A stretch of DNA of 64,000 bases from Tubulanus polymorphus. Lineage: Eukaryota; Animalia; Nemertea. Within the stretch, counting starts at the first letter, position 1. Every line of letters begins with the position of its first letter. Of this stretch, positions 52,101 through 64,000 are shown piece after piece. The position numbers and the translations under genes were made by a program. The stretch covers positions 4,797,950 to 4,861,949 of the forward strand of contig NC_134026.1 of the NCBI RefSeq assembly GCF_964204645.1, read 5' to 3'. The notes under the pieces were generated by a model, which ran no database searches, had not been told where the DNA came from, and saw nothing but the letters and a program-made list of their open reading frames with translations.

Positions 52101-52388
52101 TTTGGCATCAGCGCGTCGTCATCATCGTGGTTTGTAACGAAAGAGACTGACAGACGACGGCGCCATATAGCGTAATGCAATTTCCTTCGGGCGAATTACC
52201 GATGACTAGTCGAAGGGTTTCGAGACGATGGCGAAAAAAACCATTGTGAACCGTAAGACGATAATGAAAAGTAGTTGATAGTAACCGCAGTTCTTTTGAT
52301 GTTTAATGCTGTTAATGGTACGGTTAACCTTTACAAAAAAGGCTTTGGTATGAATGGTCCTTCATCAAGTGATCATGATATAGGCCTA

Positions 52389-52667
52389 AGCCATACGATT
52401 ACACGAGCATTTTTGGTCCGTGCCAAATTTGGCCCGGAATAACTGTTCGCACAGGTGCTAAATAGGGCTGTGCCTGTTTGGCCCGACCAAAAACGTCAGA
52501 CCAGGTTTGGGAAGTGTCTCACTTTGCTTTGTTTGATCATTTGTTCAGTATCGATTGAGTGATTAATGTGTGAAAGCGCTATCTAGTTAGACATTGGCCA
52601 AATTCGCCTCCGCTGTGCCAATTTGGCCCGCGCCAAATTTTCCATATATTGAGTATATTGGTGGTTT
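52389..52667 (-). mobile_element. MITE family H, copy 5
   Basis: AGCCATACGATTACACGAGCATTTTTGGTCCGTGCCAAATTTGGCCC...GGCCCGACCAAAAACGTC...GTGCCAATTTGGCCC. Confidence 0.8.
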
Positions 52668-55600
52668 AAGCGTGTAAGGCTGTGTTCATGTTTTCAAATG
52701 GAAATCCTCGGTTAGGATTGAGAGACAATGATTGCATGTATAGAGTTGATTATCGTGTCATTATTGCATTTCGATTGCTGCATCGCTCACGTCCGGTAAT
52801 CCTGATGGAACTGCGTGGCTGTTTTCTTCTGTCTGTATATCATCGCACGTTGATTACAGTGGTCCATCACGTCCTAAGTCCGCGCATAACGAGATGATCA
52901 GACGTTTGATGACCCTTATCCCTCATCTACCGCTGAAAATACTGAATTTGTTTGCGATGTTGAGAGATTTACACCGGAAGGTTCACCACCACCAATTCTG
53001 ACGTGTTTAATTCGTCCCACCAGCTTTTTTCTTTGTTGACTAGTTAGAAAGAGACTGATACTTCTTTGTTTGTCAGGGCTTTGCCACGAAGAATATGCCA
53101 ATGCAGTTACGCTCAGAATAGTTGGAATCTTCATGGAATCAAACGTACTCCAAAGTCTGATGAATCTTTTACCATTTGATTGAAATTGGACAGATGTTCT
53201 AATAGCAACTCTTTCATAATTCAGTTAGTTGCTGATTACCTGAAATCTGTTTCGCAGGCCTGACTCTCTCCTGAGGCAGATCATATTCTTCCTCTGTGCA
53301 CTGTAGTCAGTTTGAGTGTATCACCTGGTTTTCATCAAGAGCATCTAGAGAAAGTGGGGCTTTGTAGATTCTTACAATAATTGCCAATACTATCTTTAGC
53401 TTCTGCATCATAAACAGCCAGTCTTCTCATTCTGCATTCTCTCACTCTTCTCTGCTCGCTTATGTTTGAAGTACACGCATTGCCTGTCCGGTGTGAGATG
53501 GGCACTGAATTGTAAATATCAGAAACTTTATGAAAGACATCGCTGTTAACTTCTTTCGCCCTGTGGCTGATACACAACTACAATATGAGACTTTATATTC
53601 TTAGAATGATGAGTCGAAACTGTTCCGCGGAATCATCTATCAATTCTATGCCTTATTGTTTAGTATGCTGATCACTTAAAATACTCATTCAATTGATGAT
53701 TCAGAATCGTTTCGAATGAAGAGATACTGAATGAATTATTTCATGTGGTTTATCGTCGGTGACCACTCTGCCTCCGCCATTAGCCTTTAGATCACATTAA
53801 TAATTGCTCACGTTAGGACCGAGTAATTATGTTTGTGGATTTCATTTCCTTGGGTGCGAAGAAATAATGACGTCCGACTGGTTGTAATTGGCATTATGTC
53901 AAATGTAATCTCAATCATAATTAACAGATTGACGGTTTGTTAATTTTTGGGTTCGACTTTCATTTGATGAATTAGATTTCCGAGATGATGTCCCCGATAC
54001 CTGAGCCTTGACTTCATTAGAAAGGCCTTCGTTTAGTATTCCGCTTCATATGTTTTTCTCTCAGTAATTCTCAGATGTTATTTTTACGCGCACTATCTCC
54101 CTCGAGTAATTATGAGTTTTGACTGAGTTGTTATTGATCAGACGGATGAATATAAGCTAGCTACGAGCTGCAGATTAAGGTAATCTGATTGATTTTTTTA
54201 TGCCCGGCTCCCGCCATGGGCCAACGAAGGTCACTTTGTTATGTTTGCCTTCTGGCGAGTAACTCCTTCACATGATCAGTAATTCCTTCACATCATCAGC
54301 ACAGCTCACAGCCGCCTGTTGTACATCCATCTTATCTATTACCCGGATATCTTCCTCCGATGAAAAAATGGAGTTCGAGCGAGGACACAAAATACTGTTA
54401 TTTGCCCATGGAACCGAACAGAGCAGGTCCTAAAGCGTAATTATGGGTTGATGCTTCAAACCAAGAGAGAATGAGTGCAAGTAAATGGCAGTTGTTCCGA
54501 TGGAAATTGTCAGTTTCGTTCGCTTTTACACCTAGTTTTCGTGGCATTGGCCCCATTAATGAAAAAGCTGTCTACTTACTTCCAAAAACCAGAACTCATT
54601 CATCCAAAATTCATCCAAAAAAAATCGTCATATATTTTCCTCTTTATGTATTCGATGGAATAGATATATAGGCTGAATATCGATTTTCATTAGTTTTAGG
54701 AGGTGCAATATAATGCCATGGTTTATTGGCATTAACCATACATTATTAATTGCTCATATATTGGGAATAGTGTTAATGAAATTGGCATAATGGCCGATGT
54801 AATGACGAACAGTTGACCACAATTAACACACTTACAAAGAGACCCATACTACTAGCTAATAGCTGGAAATAGCCAAAGCTGTTCAGCGACTATGATATTT
54901 TCATGATTTGCTCTATTTCAATCGATAAGCTCATCTGAAGTTATCTGAAGCCATTCATTCCGAATAGGACGTTAAATTGTTTTTTACATTCCCACCCAAT
55001 AAATTCTCATTCGTAAGATACACATGATATAGCAATCCAAATTGGAGTGAACCTGGAGTGGATCTAGACCTTGGTGGCACCATATTCAGTGCCTTCTTTG
55101 CACTTCTCAGCTATTCGCACACCAGCATATGATATCGCAATGATTTCGACAGTAGTTGATAATATAATTGGGTCCACACATTTTTTCAGCCATGATGGCA
55201 GACGTTTGTAGGCTAAACGCTTTCCGATTCGTCCACTTCATTCGTCAAGAATAGAATGATCATTAGAAAAACAAAGTGAAAATTTAACACTTATCTGTGT
55301 CATTAGATGTTACACTCTAGATCGCTGGGAAGTTGATGATCGAGTTATTAATAAATAGATTTTTTAGGTACTTTGTTTCAAGTCCACACGTCGGCATGTT
55401 GTCAATCCCGTTCGCTAATTAATATCCAATTAGCGATGCTTACAGCGTTCCTGTCAGTTTTTGTCATCGTCAAGTTTGTATAGGTGCCTGCATCGGGTGC
55501 GTGATATACTTGGCTCTTAATAGCTCGTCTAAGAGGCAATAATCCTGATTTAATGAAACATAGATTGCTGTATACGCCGTACGTTCATAGTCATTGTTCG

Positions 55601-57561
55601 CAAGAGATAGCTTGGGATTAGCGTCGAAAGAAAAAAAAATCTGGTTTCATGAATAAGATGACTGTACGAAAAGTTCCAACATACTGTTGTGGTTCCCTGA
55701 GAAGAACGAAGAAAGAAGAAAACGTTAACTCTCTCATTTACTATTGGGATATACTGTATATTTGATGGCGTATGAGGACCTGAATAAGACCAATACCATG
55801 AATATCGGCCATCAGTTGAATAAGATAGGTGCGGAATGGTTAGCGTCGGCTCCTCTGCTGCTGCATCATCGGTAGTTGATACGCGACCACGTAGCAAATT
55901 GGACAATTACGCCAATACGAAGGAATGTATTCACACAGTTAATGCTCGGCGCTTCCTCGGACTTGTCAGCCGACTGCGCGATAGATAAAGCATCGCGTAA
56001 TCACATTTTGAACCAATAAAACGGTCAGGTTTCTACATATGATCCGTAGTTGATGTCGGCGTGGACAGTTTGATTCAGTATGTACACATACATCTACATC
56101 ATGATGTAAATATAAAAATCTCTGGAGGTTTAGGTAATATTTGGCATATTCTTTATGCCTCCACATGAATGGCATGTTTGTTACAGAATCGAATTATACT
56201 GTAATATAGAGAATTTTTGAAAGTCTCGCGATTTGGTACTTTGTTGTGGACTGCGCAGTTCATGTCATGGCAAATTAACTAACTGCCAGGTCACGAGTCT
56301 CACGAAGGCGTCTTCTATATTCAAACTCTTTTGCAATGATGTGGAGATCTTCAGTCACGTTGTCTGGTGTGATAACTGTTATGCCATTATCAATCAATAC
56401 GAATCATGATACATTCTTATTATTGAGTCTGGATTTATCATAACCAGTTGATATAGCTCATCTATATCGAGATATCATAGAGAAATCCGTTGTGTTGCCT
56501 GTATATATGAATATGACTTGATGATCTCTCATCTGGCGGCGTCGTCTACGATGACGTAATGATCGTCCGGTTCAGAGGAGCCCCGGTGATTAATCATAAT
56601 CAATCAAAATACCACCAGGGTCCTTTTGGCATCATCCAACCAAGCCGTTTTTGCACCAGTGCCCATCATGTTCGTGTTCATTATTACGCCATCTGTCAGA
56701 AAGAAAATATCAGTTGCTGTCGAATCAACTAACTGTGTACATAGACCTAATAGCATTTGCGGGATTCATTTGTTTAATCTGGTTTAATTTGGTTCTGTAG
56801 CCAATTTAACAAATTGAAACCTTAGTCTTAAGACCACATACCCTTATCATCGTACTAGCTAGTTTATACATATTCAGTCTGGGGGAAGAAAGTTTAATCA
56901 CGAAATGGCTCATTCATATTCTAGTCATATTTTTGCCGTATGATATGATAATGTCCTTTGCTGTAGTAAATTCTGATCATCTTTCGTTTGCGCCTTTGTG
57001 CGATTTCTTTTGATGATGAAATCCGCGTATCTGCCGCAATTTCTGATTAGTCGTTGATTGCTATTTCGCGTGGTCGGAATTTGTATGATTTTCACTATGA
57101 TTTTCAATGAAAGAAATACACGGCGGACTCGATGAGAAAGAACCTGTTTTCAATTGAGCTCATTAAAACGTTGATTACTTTTCGAACTTCACAAAATTGC
57201 TGAAAATTTGTTATCCGTCCCACGTTGTTGCGGTTGTTGCGCAGATCAAAGCACGGTATACTATGTCTGTTTTGATATTTCGAGGTGTTGCCGATGTGCA
57301 GGATTTTGATTGACAGGGATTTAATCAAAGTCAATCTGTCATCGTAATCCTGTCGTATTCATCTCTGGAATTGAAATCTCTCATTGAAGCTAAACCGTTG
57401 TTGAAATTGCGAAATTTGGCTTACGTTATCAATGATCTGCAGCAGAATGCGCTATTTACGCAGTTTTTGTATCTCATGCTTTTATCGTTGTGAGAGAAGC
57501 CGCGTTCAGACAAGCATTTACTGTCCGTAATAACTGTTCATACTGGTGTCAAAAGATTCCT

Positions 57562-57806
57562 GTTTGGCCCAAGTCAAATTTGGCCCAACCAAAAACATCG
57601 GACCCGGGCCAGCCAAATCTTAGCACGGATCAAATCATCGTGTATGAATTGCAACTGGTTCTGGAAGTGACTCGCTTAAGCATTGTTTAGTATCGAGTGA
57701 GTGGTTTGCTAGTGAGCGGGCTCTTTAATTAGGCGCGGGCCTAATTGACTCAGACCTAATCCATACCAACTTGGCACGGGCCAATACTGCTCCGCGTGAT
57801 CGCGGT
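57562..57806 (-). mobile_element. MITE family H, copy 6
   Basis: CAAATTTGGCCCAACCAAAAACATCGGACC...TGAATTGCAACTGGTTCTGGAAGTGACTC...GTGATCGCGGTT. Confidence 0.8.
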
Positions 57807-60169
57807 TATAGAGTCAATTTCCCATAACATTTGCACAGAAAACTTCAAATGGCCGTATCCATTGTCCGAAGAAAGTTTCCCAAATGTTCTTGATTTTTGA
57901 AATCTTTTCTACTGTGACCGATAGCAACATAGCTGACTGCGTTATTCGCTCTCTATCCCGATAAAAGTTCAGTCACAGGTCACTTAGCAGATAAGTCTCA
58001 TTCGATGTGTCTTTAGTGCGCGAATATATCAATTCGTCATCTAATCAAACAACGACTTCAACAGCGGAGACATAAGAACCGTTGACACTGATAAACATTA
58101 CTTGTGGGTATTTACGGAAGCGAATTATGCTGGCAGCGTTGTCGAAATCGATCCTAGTCCTCTTCGATAAAGGCATAATTCGATTAATGTGGCTTAAAGG
58201 TGGTCACTTTGATATAAGTCAACGTCTTTTTCTGCATATATATGTATATCTAAATGGCCACTGGTACTACTTATGGCATTGAACGCTTGCCTCCAATGCT
58301 GGACTGCTATTGGTATGTTGTACAAAATGTTTGATTATGTTGGCTTATTTCAGACCTGTCATAGCGGATGTGTCTGAATCTCAATCAAGAGTTGGCTGGT
58401 CTGAATCCCGGTAAAACCATTTTTTTTATCAGTACATATATCAGCGTTTCCCGACTAACTGATCCAGCGACATAAGTCGTAAGCCAGTATTCAAGTGATT
58501 AGGAAGTTGATGTTGACTGGTGATGTGGTAGAAGAAGTAGATACCTTCCAAGTGATCTCATTAATTGATATACATGCATTGTCGTTTTCACGACCAAGGT
58601 CGCGTCATAAACTAAACACCACTGGGATGCTTAATCTTTGTCACTAAATTCTGTTGCATTGTCTGCATACTTATTAATCCCTTCAGTGGTTCTTCATTTG
58701 ATATACTTACTTCACCGCTCGGCATTCAACCGATGGTGAACATCTTTTCTTCAGCGATTCGTAGTTCTACGAGGGAGCACAGCCTTGCGATTGATCACTT
58801 ATTTATCAAGTTTGACGTTTGTGTCTTGTTGAAATCGAAATTCCACAAAGCCGTCTTAAAGTGATATAACAATAGTTCCTGTATGGGAATCGTGACAAAA
58901 CATGTACAGTATATTCAACAGTTAGTTGTGTAATTTACGCCGCAGATCGACTTCGTCGCGATGTTAAATTCTGTATAATCGTAATCACCATTTATCATAT
59001 ACCCAGACGAGATATTGCCCTTCGTATTTGAATTATTGATGCCTTCAGTGCTTCGCTTGTTTTCTCCGAGTATCGCTTTGATGATGATAATTATTGGTCT
59101 GGATGAAATCGTTGTGCCAACGGTTCGCATTTCCATTTCGAACACGAGATCATTGCAATTACGGCTACCAATCCTTCGACGCTGTCATTTCCATTGTGCG
59201 CCTGTGCCCGTAAGGTCTAAAATAATGATATACGAATTTCTAATCTGGTGTCATGAATGAAAGTCAATAACGTCGCGTTGCGTTGCCTTCAACTTCTCGA
59301 GAGGTTTTTTCCGTATTATCAGCCGATGGCGTAGATACTTTGATTTTCTCTTAATGAATTCATTAACGATCCAAATCACACTTACCGAAGTCTGGAATTG
59401 TGACTGAAGTGACTGGTGATGGGGATCGGACAGAACGGATGATCATACTAAGTAGCCGTCTATAGTAGCTATAAATGTGTGTGTACACGGAGGTTGTTTC
59501 TTATGTCATGGCTTGTTGCGTCCCGCATTCGCTGATTGCTTCGTGCTGATCTCGAAGTTCTGTCATGACCTATTGTTTGATGATCGCTAATGCCACCCGT
59601 CAGGTACTTCTTCTCGGCAATGTTTGAAGTTTTTCCCACGTCTTCCGTTCGAACTGAGATCTTCGCCGTGGCAATAAGACTGGGGACCTTAATGATCCGT
59701 TCCGAGTGATGTTTAGTCATCACATCGCATCTAAACATATGCCAAAATCACCAGCATTTCACATGAGTGCCAAATGGGCCTTTGCTTTCCCGTTGACCGC
59801 GGCCACATTTTATGAAAAAATGTATTTAAGAATTACATTTTAAATGTAATTTAGGCTTATAAATGTGAATGACTCAAAGATACATGTTATAAACATCCTT
59901 CTCTACATTTTACGCAGCTGAAATCGCCTCTTGATATTCCTGTAAGGACTTCGAGCACGGTGTTCGACAATTTGGACGGCTGTCTAATGTCATAGATCGA
60001 TTAAAAGGCCAACTCCTTTTAATTGACCTACAGCTTCTTATGTTTAAATGGCTTTTATGGCATTTGAAAATGTTTTTAATGCTTCTCGATTGAGGATTTG
60101 TTGGTAAAGGATCTCCATTTATCTGTAACTGCTCTTATACAGGCTTAGTAAGTAGATTTTTAGTCTATA

Positions 60170-60195
60170 CTCTCTCTCTCTCTCTCTCTCTCTCT
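60170..60195. repeat. (CT)n microsatellite
   Basis: Perfect CT run of about 26 bp. Confidence 0.95.
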
Positions 60196-61517
60196 TGAAA
60201 GGTATTAGTCGCTCACCGTCTTAGCATTTGATTCTGAAGAGATGAATGCCAACGAAACAAACAATGGTACTAGGTTCAAATATTTATTCAAGTTGTCACC
60301 AATTTCGATGCATTCGCTCATCTGGGCGCGTGCGCGCTCGAGAATCGCGACGCGAAATTGGCGTTGAATTCCGTCGAATTCACTGTTGTCAAAATTGTCG
60401 TCGCTACGTTGACAGCTAAGACTCTTTACTTCTGCCTTGACTTCTGCATAAACATCGCGGGGCAAATTACCTGTTAGAAAAAAACTTGTTACGTCTTCCA
60501 TGCGCGCGCGAATTGCTCGGTATGCAAATCATCACGCGGAGGTGACGTAGCGACGATTTCATTAGCCCGAGACGAGTGCGCTGAAGTAGAACGCCCCGCG
60601 GCAACAGGTAGTCACTTAGTCTGTCTCTTGTTAGACGTAAACGTCGGGTGAATTTACGACTGATCGATCGATCGAACTCGGGTCTCATCAGCGAAATGTT
60701 GTGCAGCTAGATTACACAGGAACCACGCGCCGTACATGACCGGCATTTCGAAAAAGTAGAAACCATTGTCGACGACGGAAAATTTGGCGGCCGTTAACAA
60801 TCTCGCCTAATTAGGCTGTCTGACATGCTCGTCGAATCAACGATTCCCCGGATTAATCAATTTTACCTGATAATCGAATTTTTCGAAAATCATTAGAACA
60901 TCTTGACAAATGTAAGGCAAGCGAGGTTATCTATATATAGAAATTTGTCCTCGTTCTTGTGCTATTTGAACTTATAGTAGACCAGGAAGATTTTTTCAGA
61001 GAAATGGCGCAAATTATTGAAAAATTTGAAAGTGAAATAATCTGCTTAGAGACAATCCGAAATATTCGAAATAAGGGTTAGCTGTGATCGAGAAAAAGAC
61101 AGAAAGCCTCTGTAATGGCCACTTTTAGTCAGTAATGACAAAACGTCTTAATTACTGGAAAGGTCAATGTTGCTTCAACGATATTTTTCATCGAAACGGA
61201 ATCCCATGCGACAAGACTTGTTTCCCACATTAATTTGTCTTGCTACATATCTCCCCAGACATGCCAACCATAATGATTTATTGCAGTATCGGGGATTTAT
61301 ACTGTCGACCTGTAGGTTAGAATTACACAGCAGCCCTCAGCTCTATTTGACCGCTGGGCGTTTCGAATCTTTTTTAGCCTCAATGAATCGAGGTTAAAAC
61401 TAGTTCATCATTAAGCTACAGGTAGAAACGTAGTCTAAACTAACTTACTAATTGGAAAGGTGGAGATGTTATCTGCTCGCTAGAGAAAAGTCGATGCTCA
61501 TCATCAGCAGGACAATT

Positions 61518-61745
61518 AGCCGCGATTACACAGAGATGATTCGGCCCGGGTCAAATTGGCACGGATCAGCCCCAATTCAAATTTGACCTGTGCCTCAAGT
61601 TTACATGTAAACAACTCACTCGATACTAATCAACGGTCAAACAAAGCGAAGTGAGTCATTTCCGAAACCTGATGCAATTCGCATGCATTAATTTGACTGG
61701 TGCTAAACTTTGGCCTGGGCCTGGTCAAACGTTTTTGGTCGGGCC
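61518..61745 (+). mobile_element. MITE family H, copy 7
   Basis: AGCCGCGATTACAC...CAAATTGGCACGGATCAG...GAAGTGAGTCATTTCC...GTTTTTGGTCGGGCC. Confidence 0.8.
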
Positions 61746-62889
61746 CTACAGGTACGGGGGGGGGGGAGGGGCATTTGGCTGAATGTCTCTTGAGGGCACT
61801 TTCTGAATCAGATTCCTATTTTCATTTCTAAGTAGCATCATTCATAGAGTATAATTGTAAAATGTGTCGTGAATGCAGTGTACCTATTGTAGAAGCGGTG
61901 ACAGGTCGAGGGCTACTAAATAATGACCGTTAGGATTAACGTTCATCTGATGAGAACGCGGAGGAAGATATGCGATATTGATTAAGTGTCTAATAACTGT
62001 GTGATTTATGCTCGTTTAACGTGAATTCGGACCATTTCGATGTTCAATATCGGACGCTGCGTTCGCGTTGACAATTAAGTATTTGGCGATCGTCATTGGA
62101 ATGCGTCGTGTATCGTCGCGCGTTGTTGTAATTACGAGCATTGAGTAGTCTGTAATGATCGCTGGAATATATTACAACTGATCCCGAATCCGCGATTGAT
62201 GATGAAGTCGACGAGTAATTATCTTCTCTTCATTTCGTCGTCGTCGTCGTTCGGCGTATATTTGAGCGCCGGCGACCGCCGCTGTTTATTTCGTGCGGAG
62301 GAGGGTCGCGACGCCGCGAGATTATTTCGATCCTCGTCGCGGCGACCTTTGATCGGGCGACGTCGTTGTCTTTTCGAATTCGATATTCATCCGCTGTTTG
62401 AATTCCGACAAATCTCGTCTTCGATTTCAAAAGGCCGCGGATATTTTTCGCGCGCCCCAGGGTGTTTTTGCTTGATTAGATCTTCGCGATTTCGGACGAC
62501 CGGGAATACCGCGACGTCGACGTTAAACGCGAATCTGGTGTTGAATACCGGGTTGAAAGTCTAGTTACAGTTTCGGCTCCGTCCTAATGTCAATTGATAT
62601 TAGTAATGATTCCCTGAAGGACGCGGGCTTAGCATCTCGTCGTGACGGGTCGATGGCTTGCATTAAGTTAATCTCATGCTCGGTACGCGTCCCATTGAAT
62701 TTTGAAGTTCAAATGATCATCAACTTTTTTTATGGGATTTCGTATCGAATCGCGGTCGTGTTTTGTCATTGGAGCGCTGTTAATACCGACGCGCGCCTTT
62801 CTTGTGTGCTAAGCTCTTTTGGTATCCCTTTGAAAACCATATCATATCGAGTGAGAAGTGCAGAAACCATAGCTTATTACTGGGTTAGA

Positions 62890-63104
62890 AGCCGTTAGAG
62901 GCGCACAGAGACGAATTGGCCCAGATCAGGTCTGAGTCAGGCTTATTAGAAAGAGCGTTCATATCCATATCACTAGATACTGAAGAACAATGTTGTGACT
63001 TCTGAACCAGTTGCAATTCACGGGCTAGAATTCCGTTTTTGGTCGGGCCAAACACCCGTTTGACACCCGTGTGAACCATTGGCCCAAGCAATGTGATCGC
63101 AGCT
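62890..63104 (+). mobile_element. MITE family H, copy 8 (deleted)
   Basis: AATTGGCCCAGATCAGGTCTGAGTCA...ACCAGTTGCAATTCAC...GTTTTTGGTCGGGCCAAA...GTGATCGCAGCT. Confidence 0.75.
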
Positions 63105-63270
63105 ATAAACTAACTTCGCCCTCAATGACCAGGAATGACATTCGCTGACATTAATTCTCGGTTGTACCTGGGAGTAATGGGACTGAATTACTCGAAGGTT
63201 GTACGTATTCACCCTAGGTGTGCAGGTATACTAAGTGCATTTGAATGTTGCTGTCGTAGCGTAGTAAAGT

Positions 63271-63346
63271 CAGGTGACTATTGATGAAGCCAATAACGAG
63301 AGATATGAGTTTTAGAATCATATTGGCTTCATCAATATCACATCTG
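63271..63346. repeat. Hairpin with a perfect 17-bp stem
   Basis: TATTGATGAAGCCAATA (63279-63295) pairs with TATTGGCTTCATCAATA (63321-63337) around a 25-nt loop. The stem extends imperfectly outward. Confidence 0.85.
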
Positions 63347-64000
63347 GTGCTGTGATACGTTTGAGGTCATATTAGATTTTGCATCGATTGAAACGCCAAC
63401 CTCAGTAGGCACGCCGACTTGAATAGTGTCTGCAATGTTCATTTTTCATCGGGAATACCGTTTTTTCGATTTTCATTTTCCACGTTGATATTTTTAAATC
63501 GAAATTCGAAATTCGGATGCAGCTGTCTACGATTATCCATCTCCGGGGGGGGGCGTGGGGGAACGACGAACGGTGATATCGAGTTCTGTGGGAATGTAAA
63601 TTGGATCCGAAAGCCGAAGTGAAGAACCTTCTCTTCGGTAGAAACACTCATTACGTCGGGCTGTTTACTTCCACAACTCGAACTGTTTATCAATGAATGA
63701 GTCAGAAAGCAGCTACTCGCCGGCAACAGATGCAGATGGCCGATATTCATCAATAATTTACCAAAAGCAATAAAAAAAGGCTAAACGGGTAGTGCGCGCG
63801 CTAGAGAGAGGGAGGGTTCGAAGCTCACTACCTCGGAATAGAGACATTACAGCTCGTTATTATGTCTTTTCTTGGAAAAATACTGAACGATATTGAACAT
63901 TATCTCGCTGTTTGATACTACTTACGAATGATGTATCTCGGAATCATTCATTTATTCAATATTTTATGAACGCTGTTCGCAGAATCTACCGAATCTACAT

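Noticed and set aside
58354-58410. Possible downstream coding exon (TTATTTCAG| ... CCG|GTAAAA)
   Set aside because: It is open only in phase 2, which is incompatible with the phase-1 signal exon, and the donor is weak.
63960-64000. Acceptor-like CTGTTCGCAG at the window end as the next coding exon
   Set aside because: The pyrimidine tract is weak and only 18 nt are visible, so it cannot be evaluated.

Overview
AT-rich eukaryotic (metazoan, invertebrate-like) genomic DNA, not prokaryotic. There is no long ORF: the longest in the track is 153 aa, and none has a recognisable domain. The best-supported reading is the 5' end of one very large + strand gene. It has a TATA-type promoter and first exon near 3.9-4.1 kb, two non-coding exons (17514-17586 and 28584-28781), and a first coding exon (48502-48595) encoding a 24-aa signal peptide, MAMLSVGMLLLPFVLLMVKTTQAV, that ends at a phase-1 GTAAGT donor. 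The mature protein cannot be identified because no convincing large downstream coding exon is visible. The introns hold many short non-autonomous DNA transposons: an 8-copy Harbinger-like family, a Mutator-like pair with long TIRs, a hAT-like pair with apparent 5-bp TSDs and a Tc1/mariner-like MITE. Also present are a CR1/L2 LINE 3' end, micro- and minisatellites, several palindromes and a near-consensus CTCF motif. No rRNA, tRNA or CRISPR array was found. I see no clear new multi-gene system. All calls are by eye and exon connectivity is inferred.
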